Sequence record: NZ_CP040393.1 | From: a plasmid | DNA length: 64,000 bases | Direction: 5' to 3' (one strand) | Part shown: in pieces, positions 34,644 to 45,379 of the stretch | Layout: each line of letters starts with the position of its first letter | Numbering within the stretch: position 1 is the stretch's first letter | Position numbers and translations under genes: made by a program | The notes under the pieces: generated by a model | Database searches by the model: none | Told to the model about the DNA's origin: nothing | What the model saw: the letters and a program-made list of their open reading frames with translations, nothing else

Positions 34644-37217
34644 ATGAGCTTTAAAGGAAAAAATCTTACTCAGGGCGGTCAGATGACCGCCTATCGCTGG
34701 CGCATGTTCATTCAGGTCAACAACTGGATTGGGTTCTGGATACTTGTCCTGTTTGTCATTATCGCGGGCGCTTTATTCCTGTCCTTCACGTCGCAGGAGA
34801 TGATCGATAACGGCAGCTGGTACTGGTTTGCCCGTCTCAATGAAAGCTTTATCGACCTGATGCCCGCCGGCAAGGGAAAGTTTTACGACATTCATTACTA
34901 CTATGCGGCGACTGATACCACCCTGACACTGAAAATGACGCTGCGGCAGATGCTGACGGACCCGTACATGCAGTTTATGGGGGAGCAACTCGCCGGCCAT
35001 TTACAGTCTTCCGCACTGGTTGCTGGCGGGATAAGTGTGGCCGCGTTCCTTGCGGTGGGATGGTACGTCGCCCGGATTGGTAAGCGGGAAAGTGAGGACG
35101 AATTTATCTCCGGCATGCAGCTGACGGACAAACCCGCCGAAGTGAATAAGCTGCTGCGTAAAAACGGTGAAATGTCGGATCTGCGCGTGGGTGACCTGCA
35201 TATGGTCAAAAACGCCGAGGTGATGAATTTCCTGATCCACGGCACCATCGGTGTGGGTAAATCCACCCTCATCCGCTGGCTGCTGGATTACATCCGTAAG
35301 CGTGGCGATCGCGCCATCATCTACGACTCCGGCTGTACGTTCACGGAAACCCACTACGACCCGAAAACCGATTTCATCCTGAACCCGCATGACGAGCGCT
35401 GTGCCAACTGGCAGCTGTGGGATGAATGCGTGGATGTGGTTGACTATGAGAACTTTGCCGCAAGCCTTATCCCGGTCGAAGGCGAGTCAGACCCCTTCTG
35501 GGTGTCCAGTTCCCGGACCATCGCCGCTGACCTGGCTATCCGCATGTCAGCTGACCCTGATCGCAGCATCGAGAAGTTCCTGAAAACGCTGCTGTCGCTC
35601 AGTATGCAGAACCTGCGCGAGTATCTGGCCAATACACCCTCTGCAAACCTCGTTGAAGAGAAAATCGAGAAGACGGCCATCTCCATCCGTTCTGTGGTCA
35701 CCAACTACGCCAAATCCCTGCGCTTTCTGCAGGGGCTGGACGATGGCACCCGGCCAAAATTCACCATCCGTAACTGGATGACCAGCGGGCAGTACAGCAA
35801 CAGCTGGTTGTTTATTTCAGCCCAGGCGCGTCACCGTAAAAGTGTCCGCTCGCTGATTTCCATGTGGCTCTCGATGGCCACACTCTTCCTGCAGAGTATG
35901 GGGGAAAACCCCGACCGCCGCGTGTGGTTCATCATCGATGAAAAACCCGGTCTGCAGCGGATACCTGAGTTTACAGAGACGCTGGCTGAAGGGCGTAAAT
36001 TCGGCGGCTGTTTTGTCATCGGTATCCAGAACATGCCGCAGCTTATCAACGTCTATGGTCGCGAGCTGGCCAAATCCATCTTCGATCTGCTGAACACCCG
36101 CATGTACGGGCGCTCCCCCAGTGCGGAAGTCGCGAAGATAGTGGAAGAGGAACTGGGCAAACAGCGGCGCAAAGAGGCGAAAGAGCAGAACAGTTACGGG
36201 ATGGACGCCGTGCGTGATGGCGTGTCGCTGGGCAAGGATAAGGTCCATGAGCCGGTGGTGGACTACGAAGATGTCATGAAGCTGCCGAACCTGAAATTTT
36301 ATGTCCGGTTGCCCGGTGAATACCCGGTGGTGGTCCTGCCGCTTAAGTACCGTCGGTTAAGGAAACTGAATCCGGGGCTGATAGAGCGGAATATCCGGGA
36401 TGCGCTCAGTCCGGAACTGGAAAAAGTGATCCGGGAGAACGAGCGTGCCGCTGCGATGGCAGGGATGCGTTTTCCGACCGGTGATGATGAGCCGGTAGAA
36501 GGAAACACTGCAACGTCAGAAGAGAAACCGGCAGAACCGGCAGCGAAAACCACCTCTGAGGCGGGCGCGCACACCGCAAAACAGCAACCTGCGGCCAGCA
36601 GGACAGCCACTGAACGTACCGCTTCGTCGGGTGAATCCACCCCGGCGCCGGAGACCGTCACCCCGGTTTGGCAGCCGGTCCGTCAGCCAGAGAAGCCCCG
36701 GCCCGAAACGGAACGCAGCAATGTCGTGCCGTTACGCACTGCCGGCGCAAATCTGCCGCAAACGCCCCCTGTGGAGCCGGCAATATCAGCAGTCAGACAG
36801 CCCCCGGAACCGCCGGTTACGACCGCACGCACCCCGGAAGATGCAATGAGCCTGCTCAGTAAAGTCACCGGTAAATCACGGCCACAGGACGCCACCACAC
36901 CGGCCGGCGCGCTCGATTTGCTTAACCGCGCGCGTCTGAAACCGGCCACTGCCACGACAGAGGATGCGCAGAACGCTGAGGCCGGTGGAGAGGCACAGGA
37001 ACTGGCGATGAATGTCACCCAGCTGGCCGATGGCGGGCTGGAGCTGACCACGGCCGGCCACGCTCCCTCCCCGGAACAGAAGGCGAAAGACGATAACGCT
37101 GCCAACCGGCGTATGGCGCGGGAAGAGGAGAACATTATCCGCCACCGCCATCACGACGATCCGGGCTATGACCAGGCCGATTTTGAGCGCTATGACGACG
37201 GAGAACCCGAATTATGA
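34644..37217 (+). CDS. traD: TraD, type IV coupling protein, with an extended Pro/Thr/Ala/Glu-rich C-terminal region and an acidic tail. The tracked ORF starts at 34569; the start is set by the F match.
   Basis: MSFKGKNLTQGGQMTAYRWRMFIQV matches F [25 protein letters not shown]. Walker A LIHGTIGVGKST. ...VWFIIDEKPGL...EGRKFGGCFVIGIQNM. C-terminus ...DQADFERYDDGEPEL. Confidence 0.9.
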   Translation: MSFKGKNLTQGGQMTAYRWRMFIQVNNWIGFWILVLFVIIAGALFLSFTSQEMIDNGSWYWFARLNESFIDLMPAGKGKFYDIHYYYAATDTTLTLKMTLRQMLTDPYMQFMGEQLAGHLQSSALVAGGISVAAFLAVGWYVARIGKRESEDEFISGMQLTDKPAEVNKLLRKNGEMSDLRVGDLHMVKNAEVMNFLIHGTIGVGKSTLIRWLLDYIRKRGDRAIIYDSGCTFTETHYDPKTDFILNPHDERCANWQLWDECVDVVDYENFAASLIPVEGESDPFWVSSSRTIAADLAIRMSADPDRSIEKFLKTLLSLSMQNLREYLANTPSANLVEEKIEKTAISIRSVVTNYAKSLRFLQGLDDGTRPKFTIRNWMTSGQYSNSWLFISAQARHRKSVRSLISMWLSMATLFLQSMGENPDRRVWFIIDEKPGLQRIPEFTETLAEGRKFGGCFVIGIQNMPQLINVYGRELAKSIFDLLNTRMYGRSPSAEVAKIVEEELGKQRRKEAKEQNSYGMDAVRDGVSLGKDKVHEPVVDYEDVMKLPNLKFYVRLPGEYPVVVLPLKYRRLRKLNPGLIERNIRDALSPELEKVIRENERAAAMAGMRFPTGDDEPVEGNTATSEEKPAEPAAKTTSEAGAHTAKQQPAASRTATERTASSGESTPAPETVTPVWQPVRQPEKPRPETERSNVVPLRTAGANLPQTPPVEPAISAVRQPPEPPVTTARTPEDAMSLLSKVTGKSRPQDATTPAGALDLLNRARLKPATATTEDAQNAEAGGEAQELAMNVTQLADGGLELTTAGHAPSPEQKAKDDNAANRRMAREEENIIRHRHHDDPGYDQADFERYDDGEPEL

Positions 37218-40200
37218 TGTCACCCGCACCGATTGTGTCCGCCGGCGAGGCGGCGGGCTATTACAGCAACAAGGATAACTATTACTTTCTCGGCCAGCTG
37301 GAAAGCGAGTGGCTGGGCGAGGGCGCGGGCCGGCTGGGTCTGGAAGGTAAAGTCCGCAGCGACCAGCTGACGGCGGTACTCGAAGGACGTCTGCCGGACG
37401 GATCCCGTCTGGGAAAGGAAATTAACGGCAACCACACCCACCGGCCGGGGCATGACCTGACCTTCTCCGCCCCGAAGAGTGTCTCCATCCTGGCCCTGAT
37501 TGGCGGGGATAAAGCCCTGCTGGAAGCCCATCAGCATGCCGTCCGGGTTGCCGCCGGTTACGTGGAGAAACTCATTTCTGCCCGTGAGACGGTCGACGGC
37601 AAAACCTCCATCGTCCACACCGGCAAAATGGTCGCCGCGCTCTACACGCACGACACGTCCCGCAATCTCGATCCGCAACTGCACACCCATATGCTGGTTG
37701 CCAACATGACGGAGCTGAACGGTAAATGGAAAGCACTGGCTACCGATACCATTCACAATGCCGGTTTCATCGAGACGGTCATGAAGATGCAGGTGACGCT
37801 GGGGAAACTGTACCGCAGGGCGCTGCGCGAGCGTGTGGAAGAACTGGGGCACTCAGTGGAGGAAGTGGGGCCGCACGGCATGTGGGAAATCAGCGGCGTA
37901 CCGTCAGAGGTCCGCGAGGAGTATTCCTCACGCGGTCGCGAAGTCCGGGGCGCGGTTGGAGCCGAAGCCACGCTGAAAAGCCTGGATATCGCGGCCAAAA
38001 ACACCCGGAAGGCGAAAGTCGACCCCTCCCGACTGCGCCTGATGGAGCGCTGGCAGACCCAGATGAAAGAGAAGGGATGGGACATGAAAGCCTATCAGGA
38101 GAGCGTGGTGCCCCGGACAGCGCCCGGCGGCAGTTCTGCACATCGCGCCCCTGAGCCGTCAGCCCCGCAAAAAACAATGGCCGGAAGCGACATGCCGGCA
38201 GCGCCGGAGCAGACGAAAGGGAAAGCACGTGACGACGCGCCCGCGCAGACCCGCTCCGGGGCGGAGGAAAAAACGGTCTCCCCCGTGACACCCTCACCCC
38301 GCACGGACGTGATTCAGCGCCGGGATGCAACGGTGCAGGAGGAGGCCGGGGCACGTCCTGAACCGGAGCCACGCGGCGGGAAAGAGGCGGAGCAGAAAAC
38401 AGCAGACAGTGACGGGAAAACACAGGCTGACCGGGCATTGTCTGACAACCAGCCTGACAGGGACGACGCCAGGCCGGAACCTGTGCCGGCTGAAAACCCG
38501 GTGATAACCGTGGCCGGTTCACCTGACGTCGCGCGCGAACAGGCGGAGCCGTCTGAACCGGCACAGCCCGGCGTGACGGAAAAGGCGGGCAGTCCGGTCA
38601 CGCATGCCGGCGTGGCCCCACTGTCGACGGGGAGCGGGCCTGCAGGAACACCGTCAGGCAGTCAGCCGGGCGGGCAAACGGCACCGGCCGGGGTTGCCTC
38701 TGTGGCCGCTGCGCCGGCGGAAGTGACAGATGCCGTCCGTATGGCCGTCTCACAGCTGAGCGACAGCAAAACCCGCTTCACCTGGGGGGAACTGCTTCTG
38801 AGTACGGCGGAATTCAGCGACAAAATCCCCCCGGTTTCTGAAATGAAAGCCGCGCTGGACGGGGCGCTGCGTGAAGGCGTTATCGTGCCGCTGGATGCGG
38901 AAAAAGGGGTCTTCACATCGCGTATCCATCTGCTGGATGAACTGTCCATTCAGGCGCTGAGCCGGGAGCATCTCAGTGAAACCCGCGTCGTCAGCTTTCA
39001 GCGTCCCGCACAGTATGCGCCGGCGGCGCTGGAGGGGGTGGAAAAGGATGCGCTTGTCCTGATGAATGCCCCGAAAGGTGTGGCGGGAATACGGGAACTG
39101 ACGGAACAGCTTGCCGGCATTTCGGCGTCACATGGCCGGGAGGTGCAGGTGCTGGCCAGCTCAGCCGAACGCGCCGTGTCCCTCGCAAAATCGGACACCC
39201 TGCGGGAACACATCATGGGTCGCCAGCAGGTGCTGAGCGGGGATTTTCAGCTGCGGCCGCAGAGCACCCTGATTGTCGAGGGGGCTGAGCGGCTGAGCCT
39301 CAAGGAAACGCTGGTCCTGCTCGGTGAAGCACGGGACAAAAGCGCGCAGCTGGTTTTTCTCGACAGCGCGGGCCGCCAGGCGAACGGGAACGCCATGTCC
39401 GTGCTGGAGTCTGCTGGCGTGGTGCGCAGCCGGCGGGCTGAACCGTCGCCGGGACTGGAAGCGGAAGTGGTCAGCATCCGGGACAAGCGCGACCGCTACA
39501 GCGCCCTGGCTGACCGCTTTGCTGAGCTGAGTGCCGGGACAGAGCCGGTAACCGCCATTGTGGTCGGACAGCGTGAACAGAAGCACCTGACCGGACTTAT
39601 CCGCGATGCGCTGCAGAATGCCGGTCAGCTTGAACGTGACGGTGTCACGGTGGAGGCGCGCACGCCGGTCTGGCTGGACAGCAAAACCCGCCGGATGAGT
39701 GGTTCCTACCGCGCCGGACAGGTTCTGGAAGACCGCACTGAGCGCGAAACGCGGCATTTCGTGATTGACCGGGTGCATGAGGACACGCGGGTTTTGTCCC
39801 TGATTGACAGTGACGGGGTGCTGGTCCGCATGAAAATTGCCGATCTGACCGCAGACTGGCGACTCTACCAGCGCGAGCATCTGCCTGTCGCCGCCGGTGA
39901 CAGACTGATTGCGCTGGCAGCGGATCGCGATGCGGGTCTGAAATCAAAAGACCGGCTTACCGTCACGCAGGCCGCTCAGGAAGGGATAACGGTGGAGCGG
40001 GACGGCAAAGTGCTGACCCTGCCGGCAGACAGGCCACTCTATCTCACCCACGGGTATGTTGCGGGACCCGGCAACCGCGACAATGACAGCGGTGTGGTGC
40101 TGGCCGCGCTGAACTCCCGCGATATCACCGCGCAGACCATGAATTCCCTGGCGCAGTCAGGACACCGCGCCGAAATCTTCACGGCAGAGCCGGAAGACAA

Positions 40201-42994
40201 GGCGGAAGCACGCCTGCAGCGTATGCGGACAGAGAATTCCCCCGTGCAGCTGGTCCGCAAACTCAGTGGCCGGGACCAGCTGGACAGTGCCCTGACGACC
40301 CTGCACGACAGTGTGAAAACGGACGTCACGGTGGCCGTTGAGCGCGCCATCGCGGACCAGCAGTCGGTGACGTTCGACGCGTTACATCTGGCAGAGCGGG
40401 CCGCTGAGTTTTATCCCGATATCGCCGGGGTTGACCGGGAAATCAGTCATATGGTCAAAAAGGGTGACCTCATCCGTGTGCCTGGTCAGGCGACGCCCTT
40501 ACTGGTTGCCCGAGCGACCTGGGAAATGGAAAAAGCCATCATCCGTGTCATCACGGAAGGGAAAAATACCCGGGAGCCGCTGATGGACAAAGTTGACCCT
40601 GCGCTGCTTGCCGGTCTGACGTCCGGGCAGAAAGGATCCGCGCTGCTGGTACTGGGTTCCCGTGACCAGTTCACGGGGATTCAGGGCTATGCGGGGGTGG
40701 GTAAAACCACCCAGGTCAGCGCGGTAAAAGCGGCCATCGATACCCTGCCTGCGTCTGACCGGCCGCTGCTTTACGGACTGGCACCCACCCACCAGGCTGT
40801 CAGGGAGCTGAGGGATGTCGGGCTGGAGGCGCAGACCCTGAAATCCTGGCTGGTTGAGCACGAGCAGATGGTCGCGGCCGGCGAGAAACCTGACTACCGC
40901 AACAGGGTGTTTCTTATCGATGAATCCTCGATGCTGGGTAACCAGGATACAGCGGCCGCCTATCTGGCCATCCAGGCCGGCGGCGGGCGGGGCGTTTCAA
41001 TGGGCGACACCGACCAGTTTGAGGCGATTGAATCCGGTGCGCCGTTCCGGCTGGCCCAGGAGCGCAGCCCGATGGATGTGGCCATCATGAAACAGATTGT
41101 CCGCCAGAAGGAGGTCAATCTGCGGGACGCGGTGCACGACATCATTGATAACCGCATCGATGCCGCGCTGCAGCGTCTGGAGAAACAGCCGGCGGACAAT
41201 GTGGAACGCCTTGACCCGTCCTGGAAAGCGCCCGCATCAGGCCTGGCGGAGTCTGCCGACCCGGTTGCCGCCATTGTCGATGACTGGATAAGCCGCACGC
41301 CGGCGGCGCGCGAAAGGACGCTGGTCATCGCGCAGCTGAACGAGGACAGGGAGAGCATCAATAACGGCATTTATGCCGCGCTGGAGGCACGCGGTGAGCT
41401 GGGGAGCGAGAAAATCAGGGTGCCGGTGCTGGAGAAAATCCGGCACACCCGCCATGAGTTCAACAAACTCCAGGCGTGGCAGCCCGGTATGGTGGTGAAG
41501 CGGGGCGATGCCTATCAGGATGTGGTGGCCGTGGATAAAAACGGCTCGCTGATCTCCGTCAGAAACGAGAGCGGCAGGCTCGCCTGGTACTCCCCGCGAG
41601 AACTGCTGACCGGGGATGTGGAGCTCTTTAACCGCCGCGAGCGGGAGCTGAGCGCCGGCACCGTGGTGCGCTTTACCGCCACCGACCGCAACAGAGGGCA
41701 GAATGCCAACCAGAAATTTACGGTTGAGCAGGTCCGGCCGGACGGGGAAGTGGTGCTGAAAGGCCGGGACGGACAGAAAACCATTAACCCGGCAGACGTG
41801 CGCTCCGAGCAGCATATTGATTATGCCTGGGCAATCACCGGCTACGGTTCACAGGGGGCCGGTGAGGACGCCGTTATTTCCCTGGAGGGGACAAAAGGCG
41901 GGCGGGCATACATGGCCACCCGGCGCGCGTTCTATATCTCTGTCTCCCGTGCCAAAAAACACGTTCAGGTCTATACCGACGGTCTGGAGAAATGGGTGAA
42001 GGCCATCAAAAGGCAGGAGTTTGATTTCAAAACGGCGCATGATGCCCTGACGCCGGAGACAGAGCGCCGGCAGGCGAAGGTCATCTGGGCGATGGGGCAG
42101 CCGGTCGGGAAAACCGCAATCGGGCGGGCATGGGCAAAACACGAGGCGCTGGGCAGTCACAGCCTGACCGCCCGCGTTATTCCGTCCACGAAACGCTTTC
42201 CGGAGCCGTCGCTGGCGCTACCATTGTACGATAACAACGGGAAAAGTGCCGGTCTGGCGCTGGTTTCGCTGGTAAACGGCGACAACGGACGTCTGAGGCG
42301 GGGTGCCATGCGCATGGTGGCCACGCAGGGTGCCAGCGGCGCGGTTGTGCAGCGAAGCCGCAGCGGTAACACCCGTGTGGTCAGTACGGTCGACGCCGCG
42401 CTGAAGGCGGTCCGGGAGCACCCGGAGGACGGGGTGGTCTGGCAGACCGGCGCGGAGAAACCCTCTCCCTGGATGATTAAGGTGAGCCGGGGCACCGAGA
42501 GTGCAGAGGAACAGAAAAGGGCACTGTCGGTACCGGGCGAATCAGAAATCAGGGTGCCGGATTTGAAAGCGGACACCACCAGTGATGAACCGGAAAAACG
42601 GGCTGTTCAACAGGTCGTAAGGGAAACGCAGGATATCCGGGATACTGAAGCGCTGATGGCGAAACGTGTTCCTGATGCAGACCTTCAGGGAGAGAAACCA
42701 GGCACCCTGTCTGGCGTCAAACCAGACGGGAATATTCTGGGTGAAATCATTGACGAGAGACTGCAGCGGCAACAGGAAAGAGATAATGTTGTCAGCAGGA
42801 TACCTGCGCCGTCAGACCTGCAGATGGCCAGAGAAGCAGCCGAACACGCGGTATCAGCGCGCGTGGCGAATGAAATTGCTGAGCGGGGACAGCAGCAGGA
42901 GGTACGCATTCCGGGCGACACAGTGGAGAAAGGACGCACTGTTGAGCATCAGGAACCTGCGCATACCCGCACCATACAACAAAAAGAACGTTAA
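37214..42994 (+). CDS. traI: TraI relaxase-helicase (MOB-F), 1926 aa, with a ~200-aa low-complexity insertion after the relaxase domain
   Basis: MMSPAPIVSAGEAAGYYSNKDNYY matches F MMSIAQVRSAGSAGNYYTDKDNYY. HxH motif HTHMLVANM. Helicase Walker A GYAGVGKTTQ. Insert at aa 296-505 (QESVVPRTAPGG...AAPAEV). Confidence 0.95.
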   Translation: MMSPAPIVSAGEAAGYYSNKDNYYFLGQLESEWLGEGAGRLGLEGKVRSDQLTAVLEGRLPDGSRLGKEINGNHTHRPGHDLTFSAPKSVSILALIGGDKALLEAHQHAVRVAAGYVEKLISARETVDGKTSIVHTGKMVAALYTHDTSRNLDPQLHTHMLVANMTELNGKWKALATDTIHNAGFIETVMKMQVTLGKLYRRALRERVEELGHSVEEVGPHGMWEISGVPSEVREEYSSRGREVRGAVGAEATLKSLDIAAKNTRKAKVDPSRLRLMERWQTQMKEKGWDMKAYQESVVPRTAPGGSSAHRAPEPSAPQKTMAGSDMPAAPEQTKGKARDDAPAQTRSGAEEKTVSPVTPSPRTDVIQRRDATVQEEAGARPEPEPRGGKEAEQKTADSDGKTQADRALSDNQPDRDDARPEPVPAENPVITVAGSPDVAREQAEPSEPAQPGVTEKAGSPVTHAGVAPLSTGSGPAGTPSGSQPGGQTAPAGVASVAAAPAEVTDAVRMAVSQLSDSKTRFTWGELLLSTAEFSDKIPPVSEMKAALDGALREGVIVPLDAEKGVFTSRIHLLDELSIQALSREHLSETRVVSFQRPAQYAPAALEGVEKDALVLMNAPKGVAGIRELTEQLAGISASHGREVQVLASSAERAVSLAKSDTLREHIMGRQQVLSGDFQLRPQSTLIVEGAERLSLKETLVLLGEARDKSAQLVFLDSAGRQANGNAMSVLESAGVVRSRRAEPSPGLEAEVVSIRDKRDRYSALADRFAELSAGTEPVTAIVVGQREQKHLTGLIRDALQNAGQLERDGVTVEARTPVWLDSKTRRMSGSYRAGQVLEDRTERETRHFVIDRVHEDTRVLSLIDSDGVLVRMKIADLTADWRLYQREHLPVAAGDRLIALAADRDAGLKSKDRLTVTQAAQEGITVERDGKVLTLPADRPLYLTHGYVAGPGNRDNDSGVVLAALNSRDITAQTMNSLAQSGHRAEIFTAEPEDKAEARLQRMRTENSPVQLVRKLSGRDQLDSALTTLHDSVKTDVTVAVERAIADQQSVTFDALHLAERAAEFYPDIAGVDREISHMVKKGDLIRVPGQATPLLVARATWEMEKAIIRVITEGKNTREPLMDKVDPALLAGLTSGQKGSALLVLGSRDQFTGIQGYAGVGKTTQVSAVKAAIDTLPASDRPLLYGLAPTHQAVRELRDVGLEAQTLKSWLVEHEQMVAAGEKPDYRNRVFLIDESSMLGNQDTAAAYLAIQAGGGRGVSMGDTDQFEAIESGAPFRLAQERSPMDVAIMKQIVRQKEVNLRDAVHDIIDNRIDAALQRLEKQPADNVERLDPSWKAPASGLAESADPVAAIVDDWISRTPAARERTLVIAQLNEDRESINNGIYAALEARGELGSEKIRVPVLEKIRHTRHEFNKLQAWQPGMVVKRGDAYQDVVAVDKNGSLISVRNESGRLAWYSPRELLTGDVELFNRRERELSAGTVVRFTATDRNRGQNANQKFTVEQVRPDGEVVLKGRDGQKTINPADVRSEQHIDYAWAITGYGSQGAGEDAVISLEGTKGGRAYMATRRAFYISVSRAKKHVQVYTDGLEKWVKAIKRQEFDFKTAHDALTPETERRQAKVIWAMGQPVGKTAIGRAWAKHEALGSHSLTARVIPSTKRFPEPSLALPLYDNNGKSAGLALVSLVNGDNGRLRRGAMRMVATQGASGAVVQRSRSGNTRVVSTVDAALKAVREHPEDGVVWQTGAEKPSPWMIKVSRGTESAEEQKRALSVPGESEIRVPDLKADTTSDEPEKRAVQQVVRETQDIRDTEALMAKRVPDADLQGEKPGTLSGVKPDGNILGEIIDERLQRQQERDNVVSRIPAPSDLQMAREAAEHAVSARVANEIAERGQQQEVRIPGDTVEKGRTVEHQEPAHTRTIQQKER

Positions 42995-43009
42995 TCAGAG
43001 AGCACAGGC

Positions 43010-43792
43010 ATGAAACTGAACAAAGTAGTATCTTTATTAGTTACAACATACACATTTGCATTTTTAACCCCCCTCCATGCAGCCCCAGCGCCGGTATTCA
43101 CGCCGGAACAGGAAGCGCAAATCGGCAAAATAGCCGCCGATTATCTGGTCCAGCACCCTGAGATTCTGGTGGAGGTCAGCCAGAAACTGCAGCAGCAACA
43201 GCAGGAGCGCCAGCAGATGGCGCTGACTGCCAGGGTCATGGATAACCAGGCGGCGCTGCTGCAGGATGCGGACACGCCGTCGGTCGGCCCGGGGAAGGCA
43301 AAAGTCGCGGTCATCGAGTTCTTTGACTACCAGTGCATTTACTGCAGCCGGCTGGCGCCGGGCCTGGAGCAGGTCATGAAATCCCGCCCGGATGTGCGTT
43401 TCATCTTCAAAGAGTGGCCGATTTTTGCGTCAAAATGGGAAGCCTCTTCCACGGCCGCCCAGCGCGGTATCGATGTCTGGAAACAGAAAGGCGCTGAAGG
43501 ATACCTGAAATACCACAACGGTATCTATCACACTGGCCATAACGAAGGGGAACTGACCACGGCGGATATTGAATCGGCGGCCAGAGCGGCTGGCGTGACG
43601 GAGCTGAAACCCGTCGATTATACGGCAGTGCTGGAAAAAAATGATGCGCTGGCGCAGACGCTGGGGCTGAGCGGGACACCCGGTCTGATTGTGATGCCGG
43701 CACAGAACGCGACACCGAAAAACATCACGGTATTTGCCGGGCTGGCATCACCACAGCAGATCCTTTCCGCGATACAAAAAGCACAGAACTGA
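43010..43792 (+). CDS. Periplasmic thioredoxin-fold disulfide oxidoreductase (DsbA/DsbG-like, CIYC active site)
   Basis: Signal peptide; ...KVAVIEFFDYQCIYCSRLAP...IFKEWPIF... Sits where traX lies in F. Confidence 0.8.
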   Translation: MKLNKVVSLLVTTYTFAFLTPLHAAPAPVFTPEQEAQIGKIAADYLVQHPEILVEVSQKLQQQQQERQQMALTARVMDNQAALLQDADTPSVGPGKAKVAVIEFFDYQCIYCSRLAPGLEQVMKSRPDVRFIFKEWPIFASKWEASSTAAQRGIDVWKQKGAEGYLKYHNGIYHTGHNEGELTTADIESAARAAGVTELKPVDYTAVLEKNDALAQTLGLSGTPGLIVMPAQNATPKNITVFAGLASPQQILSAIQKAQN

Positions 43793-44379
43793 ACGCGCCC
43801 GGTCCCGCCGGGCTTGTCCAACCCGGATAACGCAGGTTAAATCCCTGCCTTTTCCGGGTTCCAGTGTTTAGTTCTGATGTCCCTGATGAAACTTGTGCTA
43901 CCGACCGGCGTCGTGCCGGTCGCTGACAGCAAATGTCAGCATATTCCGCACGTACTGACTTTCTGCAAATTTTCAGATCCTCCCGCCTTTTCCGCGATCC
44001 TTTCTACTGGAAAACTCAACGCCAATTGAGTAGACTCGTTTCGTCGTGGAAAGCCTGTGGTGAGGCCTTTTCGCAGATACATTTTTGAATTATGACTTAT
44101 CTCAAATCAGTACGCTGACTGATTCCGAAGTCTTGTGGTGAGACGGAAGATATCAGGAGATATGCCAGATTCACGCTTCACGCCTGTACATGCGAGCGGG
44201 CGGGAAAGTTATGGAATACAGGGATGGGGCGTATCCGTAAAACGTCCGGGAGAAGGTGACGGCAGATTTGCCGGAGCCGGAATGCAAAAACCCCCCGAAA
44301 TCTGTTAAGCAACTTGGCGGAAGCATCAGAAATCAGGGGGTCCAAAAGCAGGCGCAGCGCCTGTGAAGGATTATAACGC

Positions 44380-44433
44380 ATGCATTATATAAAACAACAC
44401 CCGGCCGCCATAAGAAAAGGCCGGCGTGAATGA
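44380..44433 (+). CDS. tap-like leader peptide (17 aa) translationally coupled to repA
   Basis: ATG CAT TAT ATA AAA ... CGT GAA TGA. Its stop (44431-33) lies just downstream of the repA GTG start (44426). The hairpin CCGGCC-N12-GGCCGG (44401-44424) covers the repA start region, as in IncFII repA control. Confidence 0.4.
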   Translation: MHYIKQHPAAIRKGRRE

Positions 44434-45334
44434 CAATATAAAATCGCGCGACGATCGTCGCCACCGTGGTACTCATTCCACGGCCTGCAAATGCCCTGCG
44501 CCGGAATACATTCGCCCGGCACATTACAAAGCGCTCAGCAAAGAGCACGGTCGCGCGCTGCGCAACCTGATTGTCCGGGATAAAACCACCGGCGAGTGGG
44601 TGATTCGCCGTCGCGTGTCTGCCGATCCTCTCTTCACTTTCCTCCGCCCATCTGCCGGCCGCAAACGGGCTTTTCGTTATCTGCGCCGGCAGCTGCTCGA
44701 TGCGCTGTTTATTCTCTTCATCAACAAGGTCGATCTGGCCACGGATATAGTGACCATCAACATCACCCGTCTGGCTGAGGAATTAAGCCCGAAAGATGCT
44801 GACGGTAACATCATCCCCGGACAGGCTGTCACGGTCACCCGCGTTTCTCGCCTGGTGACTGAACTGGCGCGCTTTGGCTTCATTTATGCGCCTGAGGCTG
44901 AATGGGATATGGTCAATAACTGCCGTTTTCCCAAACATGTCATCATCACCGAGGCCGGATGGCGGCTGACGGGAATTGATACGGATAAACTGCGGGCAGA
45001 ACAGGCTGAACGTCTGGCGGCCATCGAAGACGGGATCCTTGCGCCCGGAGAAACTCTCTCCCTGAAGGCAGCCCGCAGCCGCTGGTATGAACGCTGCCGG
45101 CACCAGACCATCCTGACGCGCAGAACCCGCGCCATTGAAGGCAGGCAGCGCAGAAAGCTGGCTGAACTGCCCTTCGATGAGCGCAAGCGCCAGATTTCCG
45201 AAGGACTGATGCGCAGCCTGAAAGGCGATGTGGGGCACATGACGTCCCGCCAGTTCGAGAAAATGGTCTGGGCACAGCTTTACCAGCTTGAACTGGTGAA
45301 CCTCGAGCCACCGGGAACACCTCCCCCTCACTAG
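44426..45334 (+). CDS. repA: IncFII(RepFIIA)-family replication initiator RepA1-like (GTG start)
   Basis: 302 aa. ...RKRAFRYLRRQLLDALFILFINKVDLATDIVTINITRLAEELSPKD...VTVTRVSRLVTELARFGFIYAPEAEWDMVNNCRFPKHVIITEAGWRLTGIDTDKLRAE... parallels R100 RepA1 (...RRRAIDALLQGLCFHYDPLANRVQCSITTLAIECGLATES...ITRATRALTFLSELGLITYQTEYDPLIGCYIPTDITFTSALFAALDVSEDAV). Arg/Lys-rich C-terminus. Confidence 0.65.
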   Translation: MNDNIKSRDDRRHRGTHSTACKCPAPEYIRPAHYKALSKEHGRALRNLIVRDKTTGEWVIRRRVSADPLFTFLRPSAGRKRAFRYLRRQLLDALFILFINKVDLATDIVTINITRLAEELSPKDADGNIIPGQAVTVTRVSRLVTELARFGFIYAPEAEWDMVNNCRFPKHVIITEAGWRLTGIDTDKLRAEQAERLAAIEDGILAPGETLSLKAARSRWYERCRHQTILTRRTRAIEGRQRRKLAELPFDERKRQISEGLMRSLKGDVGHMTSRQFEKMVWAQLYQLELVNLEPPGTPPPH

Positions 45335-45379
45335 GAAGCCGTTTTTTTAACCATCCGCTTTACTGCGGAGGTTTTCGCA

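Noticed and set aside
43010-43792. Gene after traI considered as traX
   Set aside because: The sequence is a signal-peptide thioredoxin-fold protein with a CIYC active site, not a membrane acetyltransferase. The true traX is found inverted at 47407-48189.
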